In this document: piece by piece, positions 9,321 to 17,849 of the stretch | Numbering within the stretch: position 1 is the stretch's first letter | Layout: every line of letters starts with the position of its first letter | DNA from: Nanobdella aerobiophila | GTDB taxonomy: Archaea; Nanobdellota; Nanobdellia; Nanobdellales; Nanobdellaceae | Reading direction: 5' to 3' | Length of the DNA stretch: 32,000 nucleotides | Assembly (NCBI RefSeq): GCF_023169545.1 | Contig: NZ_AP019769.1 | Location: 510,001 to 542,000 of the forward strand | Position numbers and translations under genes: made by a program | The notes under the pieces: model-generated | The model's database searches: none | Told to the model about the DNA's origin: nothing | What the model saw: only the letters and a program-made list of their open reading frames with translations

Positions 9321-10283
9321 ATGACTTATCTTTCAATTTATTGGTATGAACTTTTAATATTCCTTATAATTATTTCATTATCATTTTACGCTTTATACTA
9401 CGCTTTATACAATATTTGTAAAATTCTTATAAATAGAAAAAAGAATATATCTAAGGAAGAAATAAATAAAAAATTTTCATATACAAATATTGTTGCTAAA
9501 ACAATTGTCTATATACCTTTTTTTCTTCTTATATTTATTTTTACATTTCCATTATTTTTAATCTTTAATACATATGTCATTGAATATCTTTTATCTTATA
9601 TATCTCTATTTATAGTAGAAAAAAATGTATCTTCCATATCGATTTTTTCAAATTTTTTATCTGCTCTTGCTGTCTTTGGTTTATATCTTCTTTTTATAAA
9701 CTTCGCGAAATTCCTATATAAGAAATTCTATTTATTGAATGAATATTCACAAAATAAAACTAATCTTATAGATATGGGAGATAATCTATATAAGAAATTC
9801 TATTTATTGAATGAATATTCACAAAATAAAACTAATCTTATAGATATGGGAGATAATGTAGTATATAATATAAGATTTTTATTTTTAATATATTTAGTTT
9901 TGATATGTTTGATATTGGTTATATATATACTTTATTATTGGATACATCATACTCTGCCTATAAAATTGAAAATAAGTTGGAATTTCATTCTAGTTTCTGT
10001 AACAATAATGCTACTGTATCCATCTTTATTATCTATTCTTCTATCAAACGCAGAAAATCTTAAGGATAATGGATTATCTAAGAGTATAAGAAACTATACT
10101 ATTCAGATGTTTCTATTATATACTACTATCTTAGCGATTTTTCTTTATATTTATATATTTCATACAAATAGTGGCTTTAGTCATATCTTTTATCTAGTAA
10201 TTGTTACTTCTACAATATTCTCGATCTTCATAATAAATTTTTTTATACTTTCATGGTATCTAAAAAATAAATCTGCCAAATAA
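9321..10283 (+). CDS. Polytopic membrane protein with an internal 24-aa perfect duplication, unknown function
   Basis: 320 aa with multiple hydrophobic segments; contains two consecutive copies of LYKKFYLLNEYSQNKTNLIDMGDN. Confidence 0.6.
   Translation: MTYLSIYWYELLIFLIIISLSFYALYYALYNICKILINRKKNISKEEINKKFSYTNIVAKTIVYIPFFLLIFIFTFPLFLIFNTYVIEYLLSYISLFIVEKNVSSISIFSNFLSALAVFGLYLLFINFAKFLYKKFYLLNEYSQNKTNLIDMGDNLYKKFYLLNEYSQNKTNLIDMGDNVVYNIRFLFLIYLVLICLILVIYILYYWIHHTLPIKLKISWNFILVSVTIMLLYPSLLSILLSNAENLKDNGLSKSIRNYTIQMFLLYTTILAIFLYIYIFHTNSGFSHIFYLVIVTSTIFSIFIINFFILSWYLKNKSAK
9714..9857 (+). repeat. Perfect in-frame 72-bp tandem duplication (2 copies: 9714-9785, 9786-9857)
   Basis: Direct comparison: ctatataagaaattctatttattgaatgaatattcacaaaataaaactaatcttatagatatgggagataat occurs twice back to back. 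Confidence 0.97.
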
Positions 10284-10663
10284 AATATAAAAGCATAACT
10301 GATTTAAATATGGGCAATAAATTCGTGTCGTATAACCCAGATTATCCGTCATCCATAAAGGGCACGATATATATAAATATACTTAAGTATATCATGGTCT
10401 TAATTTTTACAAAATTTTATATTATATAGGAAAGATTAATTAATTATAAAATTATGGAATTTTTAGAAATAATAGTAACTCCGATTAAATATAAAAGAAG
10501 AGTATATACATCCATAATTTTTATGGCTGATAAACTTAATGACTTTAACATAACTATACAAAATATAAAGATGTTGTAATTTATTTAGAAATGGACGAGT
10601 ATTGATAGAAAATATTAAAATTTTTGATTATTTTTTAAATTAGATAAATATTTATTCGATAAT

Positions 10664-10860
10664 TTTAACTTTTAATTCTGATAATATTCTTTTATATCTA
10701 AAAAATCTTTATCTTTTGTCAATATTTCTGTATTATATTTAATTGCAATAGCAGAAATGATAATATCTGCATCATTTTTAATTTTTTCATTATTTCTTGA
10801 TCTATATTAATTATATTTAATGCATTTGTTAATAATTCTTTAATCTTAAGAATATTTTTG
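10664..10860 (-). pseudogene. Remnant of a VapC-like PIN-domain toxin (C-terminal half, with frame disruption)
   Basis: The minus strand encodes ...SRNNEKIKNDADIIISAIAIKYNTEILTKDKDFLDIKEYYQN* (cf. PIN motif DADI.IAA.A......L.T.D.DF). Upstream, KNILKIKELLTNALNIINID is in a different frame and there is no intact N-terminus. Confidence 0.65.
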
Positions 10861-10993
10861 GATTAGAATTAAGAAGGATAATAGATATCTAATGAAAAAT
10901 TCGTTAATATAGTTCAAACTTATACAATAACTAAATATAAAAATTTGTTAATAAATCGAAGAATTTTACTCAATAAAACAAAATTTTAAAACT

Positions 10994-11482
10994 TTATGTT
11001 AGAGTTGCTTGTTCTGCTACACCACCATATGTAAACGTCAATATATAATAATAAGTTCCATTTCCACTAATTATATTATTAACTATTGTACTGTTACAAC
11101 TTAATTCTAATGTATTCTGAGATCCTGTTGGTATTGCAGTAGAGTTTCCAGGAGTTGATCCAACCTGGTTTATATTACATGTATAAGTATTACCATCATA
11201 TGACTGATTTGCTGTATAATATTCTCCGGCATCTACAACCATTGAAGAAGGAACTATAGGTACATTACCATTATTATATATTACTGCATATATATTACTA
11301 CCTGAAACATAAGTATTTGGTATGGAAAATGAGACAGTCTGTGTTGCTCTAGATACCTGATTTGATGTTGATGTTGTTAATGTACTGAATAATCCAGATA
11401 ACCATGCATACATTAATCCTGCTATTGCTACAGTCATTACAATTAATAATATAGTAGCTATAATTGGAGATATACCCTTCAT
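10994..11482 (-). CDS. Archaeal type IV pilin-like protein (class III signal peptide)
   Basis: 162 aa beginning MKGISPIIATILLIVMTVAIAGLMYAWLSG, the characteristic archaeal pilin N-terminal motif, followed by a Ser/Thr-rich beta-type domain. Confidence 0.85.
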   Translation of the reverse strand: MKGISPIIATILLIVMTVAIAGLMYAWLSGLFSTLTTSTSNQVSRATQTVSFSIPNTYVSGSNIYAVIYNNGNVPIVPSSMVVDAGEYYTANQSYDGNTYTCNINQVGSTPGNSTAIPTGSQNTLELSCNSTIVNNIISGNGTYYYILTFTYGGVAEQATLT

Positions 11483-11519
11483 GATATAGATAAAAACTTT
11501 TGTAATTTATAAGTATTAT

Positions 11520-11594
11520 GGATCCGTAGCTCAGCATGGATAGAGCGACGGCCTCCTAAGCCGTAGGTCGGGGGTTCGAATCCCCCCGGATCCG
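11520..11594 (+). tRNA. tRNA-Arg (anticodon CCT)
   Basis: Full cloverleaf: GGATCCG/CGGATCC acceptor, D arm GCTC/GAGC, anticodon arm ACGGC-CTCCTAA-GCCGT, T arm GGGGG-TTCGAAT-CCCCC, discriminator G. Confidence 0.95.
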
Positions 11595-11826
11595 CTAAAA
11601 ATCAATCTAGTTTATATTAGAAATGTTCTAAATTAGTAGTCTATTAGACTATTTTTACATGATCTTACTATGATTATACAATTTTTATTCAAAAAAATTA
11701 TAATGAATAAATTAAATACAGGATCAAAGATCAAAATAGAAGAGATTTTATAATTAAAATTCCGAGGTCATTATATGATAAAATATTAAATATATAACGA
11801 TTATTTTAGGTATCAAAATTAATTTA

Positions 11827-12966
11827 CTAGACTAAAACATTATAAATACTAAAAATAAGCATTATTAAAATTATTGAAATTATAATTTTATATAAAATAT
11901 TTGATCTTCTAGATAAAAATAATAAATATATTAAAAATAAAAATGTAAATAAGTACAAAATATTATAAAATCTTATATTAAATTTATATAACACTATCAA
12001 GGTTAAGAATTCTACTATAACTATATATAAAGGAAATTTAAATTTAGGTTTATTTATTATAAGATCTTTATAAGCCCCATACTTTTCTTCCTTAGAAATG
12101 AGTACATATAATACCGATATTAATAATGCAATCAGAACAGATAAAAATATATTATGATACCCTATGATTTTTGATAATAATAAAGATATTAATAGAGATA
12201 ATATAAAAATGAGAATAGAATATATGTATTTAGTATTTAATTTATTCATCAAATAATTCCCAATTATTGTTCCCACTATAGAACCCAATATTAGATAAAA
12301 AACTATATTAATATCTATGTAGTTAGAATATAAAATTCCAGAAAATGTAGAAGTTAATAATATTATTAAAAAAGATGTCGCTATTGATGCCTTTATTGGT
12401 ACTTTCATTATGTATGTTTTATTTACATTTGATATTAATCCTGCACCTCCACCCAATAGGACTGATGAAAAACCGGCAAAGATTTCAAAAGGTATTCCAA
12501 ATTTTAAATTTTGCGGATAGTAATATATACCAGCTCCTTTATCATAAATATATCCGTATAATTCTAGCTTTTTAATATACTCTGGCGTATTTTTATAATA
12601 GAAGTATATTTTTCTCTTATATATAGTTACAAACAAAAATATAGATAATAAAAGCACATATAGTATATAAATCATTCGTTCATTTATAATAAAACTTTCA
12701 ATTATTTTTCCCATAAAAACTCCTATAACTGCTATAAGGGATAATAATAGTCCAAGATTTATATTAATATAATCCTTTATATATCTAGAAATATTTAACA
12801 AGGCAACGAATTGTGTAAATAGTAAAGAAGATCCAACAGAACTTAACAAATTAAAATTTAATAATAATAATAATGGTACTATCATTGTTCCAGCACATAT
12901 AGATATGTTTGATTCTATAATGCTAAATACAAGACCTATAAAAAATAAAATAAGTATTATATCCAA
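11827..12966 (-). CDS. TauE/SafE-like (DUF81) membrane transporter
   Basis: 379 aa polytopic protein. Repeated ...VPLLLLLNFNLLSSVGSSLLFTQFVALLNISRYI... and ...GAGLISNVNKTYIMKVPIKASIATSFLIILLTSTFSGILY... match the internal-repeat pattern of the TauE/SafE family. Confidence 0.75.
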   Translation of the reverse strand: MDIILILFFIGLVFSIIESNISICAGTMIVPLLLLLNFNLLSSVGSSLLFTQFVALLNISRYIKDYININLGLLLSLIAVIGVFMGKIIESFIINERMIYILYVLLLSIFLFVTIYKRKIYFYYKNTPEYIKKLELYGYIYDKGAGIYYYPQNLKFGIPFEIFAGFSSVLLGGGAGLISNVNKTYIMKVPIKASIATSFLIILLTSTFSGILYSNYIDINIVFYLILGSIVGTIIGNYLMNKLNTKYIYSILIFILSLLISLLLSKIIGYHNIFLSVLIALLISVLYVLISKEEKYGAYKDLIINKPKFKFPLYIVIVEFLTLIVLYKFNIRFYNILYLFTFLFLIYLLFLSRRSNILYKIIISIILIMLIFSIYNVLV

Positions 12967-13421
12967 CCTCTATTTTTTAAATCTAGTAGAAATTTTAATG
13001 ATTTTACTGCTTCATCCGGAGATTCAAATGCAGGAACATATTTATCTACAGATAATCTTATTTGTTCTGTAAAACCACCACCATATATTATAAAAACTAG
13101 AGGTACTCTCTTATTTATAATTTTAGATAATTTATCTGCAAATTTTTCGGAAAAAGATGCTAATTGAGGTAATAGTATTGAAATTATTCCTTCTGTCCTA
13201 TCATCATTAATTAAGATCTTTAATCCTTCAAGATATTGATCCTCATTCGCCTGCGCGGTTGTATCTATCGGATTATGAAATGAAGAAAAAGATGGCAATA
13301 TCCTTTTTAATTGTTCTTTTATATCTTCCGGAGTTTCACCTATATTTATATTATTAAACTCAAGTTCATCGGTAGTTAATACACCTTCACCCCCGCCATT
13401 AGTATAAATAAATACAACCAT
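12957..13421 (-). CDS. C-terminal fragment protein of the ADP-forming acyl/acetyl-CoA synthetase alpha chain (split gene, part 2)
   Basis: 154 aa. VVFIYTNGGGEGVLTTDELE...LPSFSSFHNPIDTTAQANEDQYLEGLKIL...VPLVFIIYGGG...VPAFESPDEAVKSLKFLL matches the RVAI.TNAGGPGVL..DA.E...NP.D....A....Y...L domain that normally follows the CoA-binding and ligase domains. Confidence 0.88.
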   Translation of the reverse strand: MVVFIYTNGGGEGVLTTDELEFNNINIGETPEDIKEQLKRILPSFSSFHNPIDTTAQANEDQYLEGLKILINDDRTEGIISILLPQLASFSEKFADKLSKIINKRVPLVFIIYGGGFTEQIRLSVDKYVPAFESPDEAVKSLKFLLDLKNRGWI

Positions 13422-13482
13422 TAATATTTATATATCAATTTAAATAAAAAACTTTTATTCAATAAAAAATTTTATTTATATA

Positions 13483-14226
13483 ATGAAGATATTTAATAAA
13501 TCAGAAAAAAATAATTTAAAATATATAAATATAATAGAAGAAATTAATAAAAAATTAAAAGAAAACGGGATATTTTCAGAAGATCTAGAAAAACTAATAG
13601 ATAATTATAGGAGAAATTATAAAAAAAAGGATCTTGAAAAAGAATTAAGGAATACTATAATAGATCTAAAGAACTTTTTAGAAATAAGAGCAAAGATATT
13701 TTCAAAATTAAAAAAATTATTAATTAACATAGAAAAGATAGATAAGGATTTAGAAAAAATAGAGGATATTTCTAAGACAGAATATTATGGGAGAAAAGTT
13801 ATAGATTATGATAAAGTATATAACAATATTAACAAGATTACACAAGATATATACAAAAAAATAGAGGACGTCTTAAGAGAAATGGATAATATTAAAAATT
13901 CGATAAACCAAATAAATGATTATGGTATATTAGATAGAGATCCATATCTAAAAGATATAGTATTAATAATTATTAGGGACAAGGAACCAATATTGGAGAA
14001 AGTACACCAAATATTAAATAATATTAGAAATGAAATAATTAATTCTGACAAGAAAGGGTTACAGATAAATGAACTAGTACAAATAAACAGAGCATCAGAA
14101 CAGATAATAAACGTATTAGGAATAGAAAACTTTGAAAAAGTAATGAACAGTATATTAAATGCCGAAAAAAGATATCTAGATATATTAAATTGGTTATTAC
14201 AAGAATTAAAAGATATTAAATTATAA
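13483..14226 (+). CDS. Coiled-coil rich protein, unknown function
   Basis: 247 aa, highly charged (K/E/I/N) helical heptad-like sequence; no enzymatic motif. Lies between the two acyl-CoA synthetase fragments on the opposite strand. Confidence 0.6.
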   Translation: MKIFNKSEKNNLKYINIIEEINKKLKENGIFSEDLEKLIDNYRRNYKKKDLEKELRNTIIDLKNFLEIRAKIFSKLKKLLINIEKIDKDLEKIEDISKTEYYGRKVIDYDKVYNNINKITQDIYKKIEDVLREMDNIKNSINQINDYGILDRDPYLKDIVLIIIRDKEPILEKVHQILNNIRNEIINSDKKGLQINELVQINRASEQIINVLGIENFEKVMNSILNAEKRYLDILNWLLQELKDIKL

Positions 14227-15096
14227 ATAATAGCTTATAGTTTTTAAATATATCATAAATTCATTCATATTTTTTGGTTCAAATATTCTATACTGCTTGA
14301 ACAAATTTCTATATACTTCATAATCGCCAGCCATGGAAGCTGTATGTGAAGATACGGCAATTGAACCTCTAGTACTCTTTCCAGACTTTAATATAATTAT
14401 AGGTTTATTTATATCTTTTGCTATATCTAAAAATTCTTTACCAGTATTTGGTTTTAATCCTTCCATATATATAAATATTGCTCTTGTATTATTATCATTT
14501 TTTAATTCTTTCAATATATCTATCTCATTTATATCTATTTTATTACCATATGATATTATTTTAGAAACCCCTATATCTTTATTTGCTATCCATTCCATTA
14601 CAGCCATTGATATTGCACCAGATTGTGATAATAGTGCGATCCCTCCTCTTTTTGGTCTTTTTAATCTTACTGGATCAACAAAAAAAGTATCAAAACCTAA
14701 ATAAGGATCATATATACCCATACCATTTGGTCCTAATATTCTAATATTATATTTTCTCGAATATTCTAGTATTTTATCTTCTAAATCTTTTCTACCAACT
14801 TCAGAAAAACCTGCCGATATGATTATTGCCAACTTTATCCCCTTTTCTCCAGCTTCTCTTATTATATCTGGAACACTTTCTGCAGGTATTGATACAATTA
14901 CTGTATCTACATCTTTATCAATTTCTAATAGACTTTTATAAGACTTTAGATTATAGATAGTAGTATAATTTGGATTTACTGGGTATATATTACCTTTAAA
15001 ATCTGAGATTAAATTTTTTAATATTATATTCCCAACCTTACCTTCTTTATTTGAAGCCCCTACTAATGCAACACTTTTAATATCAAAAATTCCCAT
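14221..15096 (-). CDS. N-terminal fragment protein of the ADP-forming acyl/acetyl-CoA synthetase alpha chain (CoA-binding + ligase domain; split gene, part 1)
   Basis: 291 aa. SVALVGASNKEGKVGNIILKNL, VYPVNPNY-like NIYPVNPNY, IISAGFSEVG, RILGPNGMGI, GGIALLSQSGAISMAVMEWIA, ILKSGKSTRGSIAVSSHTASMAG. Ends where the canonical protein would enter the TNAGG domain. Confidence 0.92.
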   Translation of the reverse strand: MGIFDIKSVALVGASNKEGKVGNIILKNLISDFKGNIYPVNPNYTTIYNLKSYKSLLEIDKDVDTVIVSIPAESVPDIIREAGEKGIKLAIIISAGFSEVGRKDLEDKILEYSRKYNIRILGPNGMGIYDPYLGFDTFFVDPVRLKRPKRGGIALLSQSGAISMAVMEWIANKDIGVSKIISYGNKIDINEIDILKELKNDNNTRAIFIYMEGLKPNTGKEFLDIAKDINKPIIILKSGKSTRGSIAVSSHTASMAGDYEVYRNLFKQYRIFEPKNMNEFMIYLKTISYYL

Positions 15097-15398
15097 TATT
15101 TATATTTATTCTTACATATTGTACATAATAAGTCTTGAAAATCTAACAATGCTTTATTTCTATCTTTGTATAGTAAATAACCTAATTCGCTTATTATTTT
15201 ATATTCTTCTTCATCCATAATTATCTTCTTTCTTCCTCTTAATCCAGATATATATTGAGAAACTGCAGCTTGGGTTATTAATAGTTTTTTTGCTATTTCC
15301 TCCTGAGGTAAGTTATATTTTTCATATAACATTTTAGATAATTCCTTTTTTATTACAGGAAGGTCATACCTCACAAAATTTTCACATCTTAAACCCAT
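15096..15398 (-). CDS. HTH (Xre-like) transcriptional regulator, COG2522-like
   Basis: 100 aa. VRYDLPVIKKELSKMLYEKYNLPQEEIAKKLLITQAAVSQYISGLRG helix-turn-helix plus C-terminal CxxC (LLCTIC). Confidence 0.78.
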   Translation of the reverse strand: MGLRCENFVRYDLPVIKKELSKMLYEKYNLPQEEIAKKLLITQAAVSQYISGLRGRKKIIMDEEEYKIISELGYLLYKDRNKALLDFQDLLCTICKNKYK

Positions 15399-15473
15399 TA
15401 TAATTTATTATATGTTAACAATATTTAAAATAATTTATAGTAATCCAAAAATTTTAATATCTATCAAATTATA

Positions 15474-15545
15474 TGGACCCGGGGGGATTCGAACCCCCGA
15501 TCTTTGGATAGTGGATCCAATATCATACCACTAGACTACGGGTCC
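15474..15545 (-). tRNA. tRNA, Val(CAC)-like, with atypical anticodon loop
   Basis: rc: GGACCCG TA GTCTAGTGGTATGAT A TTGGA TCCACTA TCCAA AGATC GGGGG TTCGAAT CCCCC CGGGTCC A. Acceptor, D, anticodon and T arms all pair. Positions 34-36 read CAC, but position 33 is C (not T) and position 37 is T. Confidence 0.8.
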
Positions 15546-15577
15546 TATTATAATATTTTTTAATAATAAATATTTTA

Positions 15578-16327
15578 ATGATATTAGAAAAGATAACAAG
15601 TAAATTATTAAAAGATATTACAGTTAGAAATTATAATAAAAATTCAAACTATATAGGGCAGGATGTTATAGTTAAATACTTACTTAATATAAAAAAACTA
15701 TATAAAGATAGTGGAGAATTAATATACAAAAACTATTTAAATGTATATTATAACAAAGAAGCAAGTGAATTATTAGATATAGACAAAGATTATATCATAA
15801 ACAAACTGAATAATGAAAAGATAATATTAATAGATAATTCCCTATATAATTTATTATCAAATAAAGGAAAAGAAAGCCTAAAAAGACAAATAATATTCTC
15901 TTTAAAAAATATAAGAGAATATTTATTTGATACAAATCTTATTCTACTAGGTAATATAAATTATAGTTTTCTTGGTAAAAATAAAGTAAATATATATAAT
16001 AATAGAGAAGACTTTAATTTCTATAAATATAAAGGAGTTATATTAGATCCTTATGGAGATGAAGTATTAAAAGATGACGATATTAAGAAATATGATTTAT
16101 TTATATTTGGTGGTATAGTTGATATTGATCTAAAATGGCAATATGCAACACATTATTTATTTAAAGATATAGATTTTCCACATAAAAGAATTGAAATAAA
16201 TAATTCTATAAAGAATGTACCTGATAGAATAAATATATTGATAAAGATTATATTAGATTCTTACTACTTAAATATACCATTAGAAAAAGCAGTAGTAAAT
16301 AATATGCCAAAAAAATTTAGATACTAG
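15578..16327 (+). CDS. Archaeal Trm10-like tRNA m1G9/m1A9 SPOUT methyltransferase
   Basis: 249 aa. VILDPYGDEVLKDDDIKKYDLFIFGGIVD...KRIEINNSIKNVPDRINILIKIIL resembles the C-terminal SPOUT core of archaeal Trm10 (GGIVD, RI...GS...VPDRIN). Confidence 0.7.
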   Translation: MILEKITSKLLKDITVRNYNKNSNYIGQDVIVKYLLNIKKLYKDSGELIYKNYLNVYYNKEASELLDIDKDYIINKLNNEKIILIDNSLYNLLSNKGKESLKRQIIFSLKNIREYLFDTNLILLGNINYSFLGKNKVNIYNNREDFNFYKYKGVILDPYGDEVLKDDDIKKYDLFIFGGIVDIDLKWQYATHYLFKDIDFPHKRIEINNSIKNVPDRINILIKIILDSYYLNIPLEKAVVNNMPKKFRY

Positions 16328-17115
16328 AAATAATTAAACCACCCTTCTAACTCTTTATATATTGATCGAGGATTCTTACTTAGATAATCTCTAATATTTT
16401 TCCTTCCTTTTTCAATATATTTAGGATTTAATATTTCTCTAATATTATTTATATCTTTCTCTGAAAATCCTGAATATACTATATCTCTTGTTTTTTCATA
16501 TTTTTCATATTCTTCTAAATCATATATATCTTTATCTTTATATCTAATAAATTTACTTAAAAAAGAAAATAATAAACAATTTTCTATATATTTCATAACT
16601 TCTATCGAACTTTTATTTACTATTATATTTCCCCCTGTGGATATCACAAAGTATACTTGATTTTCTAGCTCAATATAATAATATAAACCATATTGATTTG
16701 GTATCTTTATATTTTTATCTCTTATATAATAACCAAAAACATTATTTGGCAATATTTTATATCCTGAAATGTTTTTTATTATTTTATCTAATTGAATTAA
16801 TGTATCTTCAGGTTTTTCACATACTAAATCAATAATATTACTTACATCTTTATCTTTTAAATCCAAATATTTTGCTATTGCTAAATTACCAATAAGATTA
16901 CACCCTTCCCACTTGATTTCATTTAAATTAGCATAGCCATCTAATTTTTGATAAGGAATCCTAAACCTGTCTAACTCTAAAAATTGATATTTACCTTTTT
17001 TTAATATTTTAGCTAATGATTCAAAATTTTTTTCATAACTTTTTAATTGATCGATATTTATTTGATTTGCTTTATATATTAGATCATCAAGCTCCTCATT
17101 AAATATAACAGTCAT
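16324..17115 (-). CDS. Hypothetical protein (263 aa)
   Basis: Long ORF convergent with the Trm10-like gene (4-nt overlap); no recognisable family. Confidence 0.5.
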   Translation of the reverse strand: MTVIFNEELDDLIYKANQINIDQLKSYEKNFESLAKILKKGKYQFLELDRFRIPYQKLDGYANLNEIKWEGCNLIGNLAIAKYLDLKDKDVSNIIDLVCEKPEDTLIQLDKIIKNISGYKILPNNVFGYYIRDKNIKIPNQYGLYYYIELENQVYFVISTGGNIIVNKSSIEVMKYIENCLLFSFLSKFIRYKDKDIYDLEEYEKYEKTRDIVYSGFSEKDINNIREILNPKYIEKGRKNIRDYLSKNPRSIYKELEGWFNYF

Positions 17116-17146
17116 AATAATCTATAATATTAAAAGATAAAAATAT

Positions 17147-17219
17147 TAGCCCCGCGGGGATTCGAACCCCGGTCGCAGGGACCAGAGCCCTGTATCCTAG
17201 GCCACTAGAAGACGGGGCT
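17147..17219 (-). tRNA. tRNA-Gln (anticodon CTG)
   Basis: rc: AGCCCCG TC ... CAGGG CTCTGGT CCCTG CGAC CGGGG TTCGAAT CCCCG CGGGGCT A. Acceptor A1-T72 as usual for archaeal tRNA-Gln; anticodon CTG. Confidence 0.92.
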
Positions 17220-17380
17220 ATGATATATAATATAAAAAATATTCTTTTATGAATAAAATATTTAAAACCGCAAATTTATATAAGGGTTCTTATTTTATCT
17301 TTAATAGAAAAGTAAAGAGTTGGTATAAATTTGAAGCTATATAAAGATTTTTAAAATTGAAAGCTTATTAATGATATAGA

Positions 17381-17791
17381 ATGAACAATGAATATAAAAA
17401 GATATCAATAAAAGATGTCCAAAGATTATTAATGACAATTAAATTAGAAAAAAACAATAAATACCTAGATAAGATAGAGAATTTTTCAGAGGAATTATCT
17501 TCGATAATTAATAGCAAACTGTTATATAAAAAGATTTATTATTTCCCGGGTGATTTTGAAGGTAATAAAGATATAACATATACTGCTATATTAAGTACCT
17601 CACATATAATAATAAGTTCATATACAGAAGAGGATGGTATATATCTGGATATAGATGCAGGATGGTGTAGTAGAGAAAGACTAAGGATCACTAAGTTAAA
17701 AGAGATATTATCTAGAAATTTTAAAAGTTTCCAAATAATAAATATAAAATACCTTGATTATGATTATAATGAAGAAGGCTTTCTCGACTGA
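17381..17791 (+). CDS. Small protein, possibly a divergent S-adenosylmethionine-decarboxylase-like fold
   Basis: 136 aa. TAILSTSHIIISSYTEEDGIYLDIDAGWC parallels SpeD '..SGVV.ISESHFAIHTWPE.GYAAIDVFTCG'. Confidence 0.4.
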   Translation: MNNEYKKISIKDVQRLLMTIKLEKNNKYLDKIENFSEELSSIINSKLLYKKIYYFPGDFEGNKDITYTAILSTSHIIISSYTEEDGIYLDIDAGWCSRERLRITKLKEILSRNFKSFQIINIKYLDYDYNEEGFLD

Positions 17792-17820
17792 TTCTATGAT
17801 GATTGCCGAGTAAACAGACA

Positions 17821-17828
17821 TTTATAAA
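17821..17828 (+). promoter_or_regulatory. Candidate TATA box for taw1
   Basis: ttataaaa-type element centred about 25 nt upstream of the 17850 ATG, a spacing compatible with a leaderless archaeal transcript. Confidence 0.35.
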
Positions 17829-17849
17829 ATATAAATTAATTATATTATT

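Noticed and set aside
11349-11537. Minus-strand 62-aa ORF
   Set aside because: Overlaps the pilin N-terminus (out of frame) and the tRNA-Arg gene.
13422-13482. TATA-like strings (tatataaat, tttatataa) just upstream of both divergent ATGs
   Set aside because: They lie only about 10-15 nt from the start codons, too close for standard archaeal spacing, and such strings are expected by chance at this AT content.
12375-14704. Plus-strand ORFs 12375-12575 and 14333-14704
   Set aside because: Antisense to the TauE/SafE-like gene and to the acyl-CoA synthetase fragment.
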